In this document: piece by piece, positions 58,839-64,000 of the stretch
Layout of the letters: each line of letters begins with the position of its first letter
How positions within the stretch are numbered: position 1 is the stretch's first letter
Assembly: GCA_003133685.1 (NCBI GenBank)
Contig: PKYQ01000023.1
Span: 20,075-84,074 of the forward strand
DNA from: Acidimicrobiaceae bacterium
GTDB taxonomy: Bacteria > Actinomycetota > Acidimicrobiia > Acidimicrobiales > RAAP-2
Direction of reading: 5' to 3'
DNA: 64,000 bases
Position numbers and translations under genes: made by a program
Notes under the pieces: generated by a model
What the model was told of the DNA's origin: nothing
The model's database searches: none
Seen by the model: the letters and a program-made list of their open reading frames with translations, nothing else

Positions 58839-59048
58839 CTATGCGACACCCACGAGACGGGCGTTGGCCCCCACGGTCTGACGCTCATTCAGATGGCGAC
58901 CGCCTTCGTCGATGCCCCCGGCGCGGTCGATTACAGCGGCTCGATGTCCGCTTGAACTCAGACGGCTGACTATCGCGCCACCAATACCTCCACTTCCACC
59001 GGTCACGACTGCCACGCGGGTACCCGGGTCTAGGCGATTGGAACTCAT
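58839..59048 (-). pseudogene. SDR oxidoreductase N-terminal fragment
   Basis: VAVVTGGSGGIG Rossmann start, then loses similarity and stops at 69 aa. Confidence 0.6.
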
Positions 59049-59198
59049 GAGCTCGGCGCGAGACCGTGAATATTTGATCGCACTTCATCTCCTATCTTCA
59101 TATCCGCGTCGAGGATCCCGCACTCGCACAGCTCGCAGAGAATCGTGCCAGGGCACTGGACACCTCACTTTTAATTGCTCAGAGTCGGCGCACCATTT

Positions 59199-59228
59199 CG
59201 GGCATACTGCGGGCATATAACGGGCATG
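59199..59228 (+). repeat. Three arm-type direct repeats CGGGCAT(A/G), 11-bp period
   Basis: Copies at 59199, 59210 and 59221; same motif and spacing at all four element ends. Confidence 0.85.
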
Positions 59229-59326
59229 TAGCAGTGGTAAATGGTGGTTATTGGTGGTCACTGCTGGTCACTCGCGGTCACTCCCAAACCCTTGCAAATA
59301 AAGGGCTTTCGGTCGATTTTCCAGAG

Positions 59327-59399
59327 CACCCCCAACGGGATTCGAACCCGTGCCGCCACCTTGAAAGGGTGGTGTCCTAGGCCGCTAGACGATGGGGGC
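59327..59399 (-). tRNA. tRNA-Glu(TTC)
   Basis: GCCCCCA/TGGGGGT acceptor stem, CCACC-CTTTCAA-GGTGG anticodon arm, GGTTCGAATCC T-loop; 73 nt, no encoded CCA. Confidence 0.97.
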
Positions 59400-59430
59400 C
59401 TGCACTGCATGTCACCTGATACTTCATTGG

Positions 59431-59507
59431 TGGTCGGGCTGCCGGGATTTGAACCCGGGACCTCTGCGTCCCGAACGCAGCGCGCTACCAAGCTGCGCTA
59501 CAGCCCG
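59431..59507 (-). tRNA. tRNA-Pro(CGG)
   Basis: CGGGCTG/CAGCCCG acceptor stem, CTGCG-TTCGGGA-CGCAG anticodon arm, GGTTCAAATCC, encoded CCA; 77 nt. Confidence 0.97.
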
Positions 59508-59565
59508 CAGCGAGTTGCCTCGCAGCCTGATAATCCTAGTCGGTGGCCGGTGATTCAAACAATGC

Positions 59566-60399
59566 TCAGATGTCTGACGACACTTCTGGCGCAGGGGGTT
59601 TGTGGTACTCCACCACGATCTCGCTGATTCGTCGACGTTCAACCGACTGCACACGGAACGTCCAGTCTTCATACGTGTAGGTCGTTCCAGCCTGAGGAAT
59701 CTCTCCCGCCAAATCGAGGATGAATCCGGCGATCGTGACGTACTCGCCTTCGGGTATCGAGATACCGAGAGCCTCTTCCACCTCGTCGACATGGGTCTGT
59801 CCGTCAACGAGCCAGCGGTCTTGACGAATGCGCACGATGGTCGGCTCTTCGTCCTCGTCGAACTCGTCGTTCAAGTCGCCCACGAGTTGTTCGAGGATGT
59901 CGCGAATCGACACGACGCCGGCGACACCGCCGTGTTCGTCGAGCACGAGTGCGAACGTCCGCCTTTTTTCACGCATCTCGCTGAGGCTCTCCAGCAGGTC
60001 CATCGTCTCGGGCAACATGAACGGTCGTCGGATCTTGCGCGCGATCTCGGTTGCCGAAGGCAGGGAGACGCCGATGGCGCGTTTGGCCGTGGTGCTGCGA
60101 AACAGGTCATTGACGAAGAGGACACCCTCGACCTCGTCGAGGTCGCCATTGACGACGGGGAAACACGAGTGTCCGGTATCGCGAATCGCTTCGGCGATCA
60201 ACTCCGGCGTCACTGGCGTCGTGAGGAAATCGACGCCGGTGCGTGGCGTCATCACGTCGCGAAGTTCGAGCTCGCTGAGTTGGTCGATGCGTTCGTGGAT
60301 GGCGATGGCTTCGGGCGATTTCGGCCGAGACTCTTCACGCCCGACGATGCGTTTTCGAAGCCGAGACAGTCCCGACGACGGGGGCTGTTGGGCGCTCAT
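59566..60399 (-). CDS. CBS-pair plus CorC/HlyC domain protein
   Basis: DVMTPR, HSCFPV, LVLDEHGGVAGVVSIRDILEQLVG, TIAGFI...G.IP..G. Confidence 0.9.
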   Translation of the reverse strand: MSAQQPPSSGLSRLRKRIVGREESRPKSPEAIAIHERIDQLSELELRDVMTPRTGVDFLTTPVTPELIAEAIRDTGHSCFPVVNGDLDEVEGVLFVNDLFRSTTAKRAIGVSLPSATEIARKIRRPFMLPETMDLLESLSEMREKRRTFALVLDEHGGVAGVVSIRDILEQLVGDLNDEFDEDEEPTIVRIRQDRWLVDGQTHVDEVEEALGISIPEGEYVTIAGFILDLAGEIPQAGTTYTYEDWTFRVQSVERRRISEIVVEYHKPPAPEVSSDI

Positions 60400-60827
60400 T
60401 GAATGTCGGTGCTCCCGACGCGAACCGTCGCGGGGCGCAGTGATTCATCCTCGTACTCTTCGCCACCCAACAGCGCTCGCACCGCGCTGCGCAGCCGCTG
60501 GGGGTCGAGTGGCTTCACGAGGAAACCCTCGGCGCCGCTGCGACGAGCGAGGAACACATCCGGGCGACGATCGAGCAACATCAGTACGGCGACCGGTTCG
60601 GCCGCGCCGTAGGACTCCTCGTGTCGGAGTTCCATGCAGATGGCCATGCCGCCCATGGTGCCGATTTGCAGGTCGAGCACCACGAGGTCGACGCCGCCTC
60701 GTTCGACCCGGGCAATGACTTCGGGCCCACTGGCGACCTCTTCGATGAAGAGCTCGGGCCCCTCGAGTGTGGCGCGAAGTTCTTTGCGCAGGGAGGCGAG
60801 GTCGCTCGCCAGAAGAACAATGGCCAT
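60396..60827 (-). CDS. Stand-alone response regulator receiver
   Basis: DLVVLDLQIG (phospho-Asp), GAEGFLVKP; no output domain. Confidence 0.85.
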   Translation of the reverse strand: MAIVLLASDLASLRKELRATLEGPELFIEEVASGPEVIARVERGGVDLVVLDLQIGTMGGMAICMELRHEESYGAAEPVAVLMLLDRRPDVFLARRSGAEGFLVKPLDPQRLRSAVRALLGGEEYEDESLRPATVRVGSTDIQ

Positions 60828-60954
60828 TGGTTCAGCGTAGCGGAGCGTGAAATTGCCTCGTTGTTGGCGCGAAGCGACGAGCGTAAATCACTCTTGCCCG
60901 TTCGTCGGTGAGTGGTTAACCTGCGGTTCTGGGTCAAACCGGGGGGAGTGACAT

Positions 60955-61203
60955 ATGGCGATTACGCCTTTGGATTGGACTGACGCCGCCGCATGTCGTA
61001 ATAGTGAGGGCGCGCTCTTTTATCCGGCCGATAGCGCAGAGCGCAAAGAGGATCGGCTGGAACGCGAGTTGGTGGCCAAGCGCATCTGCGCGAGTTGCGG
61101 CGTTCGTGAAGAGTGCTTGGATGCGGCGTTGGCGCGACACGAGTCCTACGGGATCTGGGGCGGTCTCAACGAATTCGAACGGCGCGGTTTACTTCGTACG
61201 TGA
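60955..61203 (+). CDS. whiB: WhiB family regulator
   Basis: W...AAC...AKRICASC.VREECL...YGIWGGLNE.ER (four Cys). Confidence 0.95.
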   Translation: MAITPLDWTDAAACRNSEGALFYPADSAERKEDRLERELVAKRICASCGVREECLDAALARHESYGIWGGLNEFERRGLLRT

Positions 61204-61659
61204 CTTGACCCACCCCAGTTGAGCCGGACTCACTCGGGTGAGGACGATGAGTAACGCGAACGTCACGATGTGAACCCCGGTGCAATACAAGCAAATGTGA
61301 TCGATGATGATCAGTTCGGCGTAGACCAGCCACAGAACGAAGCACATCGAGATAATGGCGATGACGAGGCGCGCCACGTGAATCCAGTAGTTCTTCGCGC
61401 GCCATCCCCACGGAGAGTTCAGTGCCGTCATCACGACGTACGTGCCGAGTCCCAGGAACGCCACCGGAATACCAAGCAATCGACTCTGCGCTGACGTCGT
61501 GACGGTCGCGCAATTGATGACTCCGTTGCCAGTGCAGAAAAGGTCCTGTGGTTCGAAGTGCGTGATCGTGAGGTACGTCGAGAGCGCGAGACCGATCAGA
61601 CTCAAGACGAACGTCGTGACGACGGCCCAGGTGGGAACGCGCTGTAGCGTTCGATTCAC
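61189..61659 (-). CDS. VKOR family disulfide-bond protein
   Basis: C-x7-C..V..S loop and C-terminal CLYC in a TM segment. Confidence 0.92.
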   Translation of the reverse strand: MNRTLQRVPTWAVVTTFVLSLIGLALSTYLTITHFEPQDLFCTGNGVINCATVTTSAQSRLLGIPVAFLGLGTYVVMTALNSPWGWRAKNYWIHVARLVIAIISMCFVLWLVYAELIIIDHICLYCTGVHIVTFALLIVLTRVSPAQLGWVKSRTK

Positions 61660-62636
61660 TTAATCTTCATGGCCGTCTTTGCGGCCATCACCCCAGCACT
61701 CCTGCACACGTTGGACGGTTCGTTGTGGGTCAACGAGCAGATCGCCGCGGTCTGATAGTTCGCCGATGCAATGATCGCGTCGGTGACCGCACTCGACGGA
61801 TCGCTCAAGCCCGTGGCGATGGCCGAACGCGAAAGATTCGTCAGGGCGTCGGGAGCGTAGCTCGCACCGGAGACGAGGAACTTGTTGTCCATGGTGATGA
61901 AGGGAATCGGATTGCCGTCAGACTTCTTGAGACCCGGGACGTACTTCGGCGTGTCGTACTTCGTCACCAGCGCCACTTCAGCCTTGGTCGGCGTTTGCAG
62001 GAGTTGGTAGTTCGTGCCGGCGGCGTTCAAATAGTTGGTGTACTCCTCAACACTCTTGAAGACGATGTACGGGGACTTGTAGGTCGACCTCGAGAACGTG
62101 AACGTCGGAGTGTTCGGATAGATGTCCTTGCCGTAACTCGACATGTTGCCCAGTCCCGTCCAGGTGCCGAAACGACTGAGGGCGATGATCAACGGCCAAC
62201 GTTGCGCGGCGCAGTACGGACAGTAATCGGCGCCGATGTACAAGATCTCGGGCACCGTCTTCCCGGAGCTGTTCTGCGCCGTCAAGGGTGGCTGGCCCTT
62301 CATCGTGAGGGGCGGCGTCACCTGCACGACCAGGGAAGTGGCGCCGACGGCATTGAAGGCCGACATCGGCACCTTTGTGATTTGGGCGAGTGTTGTGGCG
62401 TCGACGGGGGTGAACGCTCCGTTGCCCCCAGTAGAACTAGGACCGCCGCTCGCGACTTTGATGATGACGAGGGTGGCCACAATGACGACGACGAGCCCAA
62501 TGGCGAGCCACGTGAAGAGTCCGGCCGGGCGACCGCTCGCAGATTTCGCGGGAGGTCGCGCGGGCGTACGCTTCGCGGCCTGGGTCGCGGGGCGGCTCGA
62601 CGCGATGTTCTTCTTTGATGCCGGGGACTTGGCCAC
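61656..62636 (-). CDS. DUF929-like membrane-anchored thioredoxin-fold protein
   Basis: TM anchor; YIGADYCPYCAAQRWPLIIALSRFGT, PTFTF, IPF. Confidence 0.85.
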   Translation of the reverse strand: MAKSPASKKNIASSRPATQAAKRTPARPPAKSASGRPAGLFTWLAIGLVVVIVATLVIIKVASGGPSSTGGNGAFTPVDATTLAQITKVPMSAFNAVGATSLVVQVTPPLTMKGQPPLTAQNSSGKTVPEILYIGADYCPYCAAQRWPLIIALSRFGTWTGLGNMSSYGKDIYPNTPTFTFSRSTYKSPYIVFKSVEEYTNYLNAAGTNYQLLQTPTKAEVALVTKYDTPKYVPGLKKSDGNPIPFITMDNKFLVSGASYAPDALTNLSRSAIATGLSDPSSAVTDAIIASANYQTAAICSLTHNEPSNVCRSAGVMAAKTAMKIK

Positions 62637-62722
62637 AATGCTCCTTGGTGCGCTTAGGACAACAAACTTAGTGGACGGGACAACGACGTCGACTGCAGGG
62701 TCGGCACTGAGTAGTTTTCACT

Positions 62723-63517
62723 ATGGCCGAAATTTTGAGTCCCCGTCCGGCCGCGACCGTGATCACGGTGCGTGACGCTGCCAATGGTTATGAGATTCTT
62801 ATGCTCCGTCGAAATCTCAACAGCGATTTCGTTGGCGGCGCGTACGTCTTTCCGGGTGGCGGCGTCGACGAATCGGACGCGGGCCCGCCAGCGCAACGAC
62901 TCGCGTTCGGACTCAGCGACGCCGAGGCTTCGCGCCGTCTCGCACTCGAAAGCGGGGGACTCGCCTACTACGTCGCGTGCTTGCGTGAACTCTTCGAAGA
63001 GGCCGGCCTCCTCATCGCGTGTGACGCTGATGGTGAACCCGTTCGGCTGAGCGACCCGGAATCAATTCGGCGCCTGGCCGCCAGTCGTCGCGAGGTGAAC
63101 GCCGGCAGCTTGAAGTTCATCGAGATGATGGAACGAGAGGGATTGCTTCTCGATCTACGAGGACTCGAGTACGTCGCGCACTGGGTCACACCCGTTGGGC
63201 CGCCGCGTCGATTCGACACTCGTTTCTTCGTGGCACTCACTCCGTCGGACCAGGTCGCCACGCACGACGCCGGCGAAACCGTCGCCGACCAGTGGATACG
63301 GCCCACCGACGCGCTCGACGCGCACGCTCGAGGTGAACTCGAGATGATCTTCCCGACGATTAGCAACCTGAAGGCGATCGCTCACCTTGGGACCTCTCAA
63401 GAAGTCCTCGAGTACGCGCGGTCACTTGAGAACATCGTGCCCGTCGAGCCGCGGATCGTGACGAGAGACGGTGAAGTACAGATTCTCCTTGCGGGAGACG
63501 ACGGTTACGACGTCTGA
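62723..63517 (+). CDS. NUDIX hydrolase (Nudt19-like)
   Basis: PRPAATV, VFPGG.VD, RELFEEAG, HWVTP...RRFDTRFF. Confidence 0.9.
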   Translation: MAEILSPRPAATVITVRDAANGYEILMLRRNLNSDFVGGAYVFPGGGVDESDAGPPAQRLAFGLSDAEASRRLALESGGLAYYVACLRELFEEAGLLIACDADGEPVRLSDPESIRRLAASRREVNAGSLKFIEMMEREGLLLDLRGLEYVAHWVTPVGPPRRFDTRFFVALTPSDQVATHDAGETVADQWIRPTDALDAHARGELEMIFPTISNLKAIAHLGTSQEVLEYARSLENIVPVEPRIVTRDGEVQILLAGDDGYDV

Positions 63518-64000
63518 GCAGAACTCGCGACGGCTTTCGCAATCGAGTCGAGCATTCGAGCTGAACATCCGACGGCACCGAAGGGCGGGGCGACGTCATC
63601 GACTATCCGTTGCGCGAGTTGATGAAAGACGCCATCGTCGGACTCGGCCAAGACCACTGGTTCACCGTGATCGCCGCCTTCGCCAATGGCTGCGTTGAGT
63701 TCGATCTCGGCCAGAAGCGGCACGTGAAGTTCTTCACTGAGTGAGCGCCCGCCGCCTTCGCCAAAGACGTTGTGTCGCTCGCCACACGTGCACGTGAAGC
63801 CACTCATGTTCTCGATGACGCCCAGCACTCGGATGTTGGACTTGCGCGCGAAGTCCGCGGCGCGCGCGGCGACGCGTTGCGCGGCGACCGTCGGCGTCGT
63901 CACCACCAATTGTCCCATCTGGGGCAAGAGTCGCGCGAGGGTCATCGCGATGTCGCCGGTTCCGGGCGGTGTGTCGATCAACAAATAGTCGATACCCGAC
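63505..64000 (-). CDS. Mrp/NBP35 Fe-S carrier ATPase, 5' part outside the window
   Basis: DYLLIDTPPGTGD, VVTTP, GVIENMS..C..C...FG.GGG. Confidence 0.93.
   Translation of the reverse strand, partial: SGIDYLLIDTPPGTGDIAMTLARLLPQMGQLVVTTPTVAAQRVAARAADFARKSNIRVLGVIENMSGFTCTCGERHNVFGEGGGRSLSEELHVPLLAEIELNAAIGEGGDHGEPVVLAESDDGVFHQLAQRIVDDVAPPFGAVGCSARMLDSIAKAVASSAQTS

Larger units (their letters stand above)
48566..59372. mobile_element. Integrative element A (10,760 bp core to core) with intact integrase
   Basis: Direct 47-bp repeats; arm repeats at 48693/48704 and 59199/59210/59221; integrase at 55536-56624. Confidence 0.93.

Noticed and set aside
37615-59372. Prophage or ICE
   Set aside because: No structural, lysis, replication, relaxase or FtsK/SpoIIIE genes; better described as cargo integrative elements.
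59371-59393. Resemblance of the junction motif to the tRNA-Glu 5' half (GGTGTC-N3-GGCC...GACG)
   Set aside because: Needs a 3-nt gap and rests on short GC-rich words; could be chance.

Overview
High-GC actinobacterial chromosome segment. WhiB, an Ada-AlkA fusion, a Mycobacterium-type Ehr operon and VKOR/DUF929 are consistent with Acidimicrobiia; this taxonomy is inference. About 1-36.5 kb is housekeeping and accessory metabolism: ogt/alkA, lon with a CIRCE-like operator, Prx/DsbA, an NTase toxin-antitoxin-like pair, several MFS/TetR/MarR units with visible operators, a six-gene Ehr (Ni-less hydrogenase-4-like) complex, IlvX-like and GlcD-like genes, and an orphan bioB. About 36.5-59.4 kb is an integration hotspot at the 3' end of tRNA-Glu(TTC). 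Three exact 47-bp copies of the tRNA 3' half (37615, 48566, 59326) delimit two tandem ~11-kb integrative elements that share arm repeats, and a decayed arm marks an older event. One element has an intact tyrosine integrase; the other has two integrase 3' remnants. The cargo is mostly exported beta-propeller or membrane-anchored proteins plus small regulatory and toxin-like modules. The most notable observation is a conserved ~26-31-bp site, GRTGTCGGNGGCCCGACRTAACAGTTCTGCA. It recurs in one orientation between cargo genes, often bounds exactly one gene, and coincides with the homology breakpoint of a duplicated gene. This makes it a candidate non-integron gene-cassette system (inference, untested). 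About 59.4-64 kb is core genome: tRNA-Pro, CorC-like protein, response regulator, whiB, VKOR, DUF929, NUDIX and Mrp. All comparisons were made by eye; no database searches were run.
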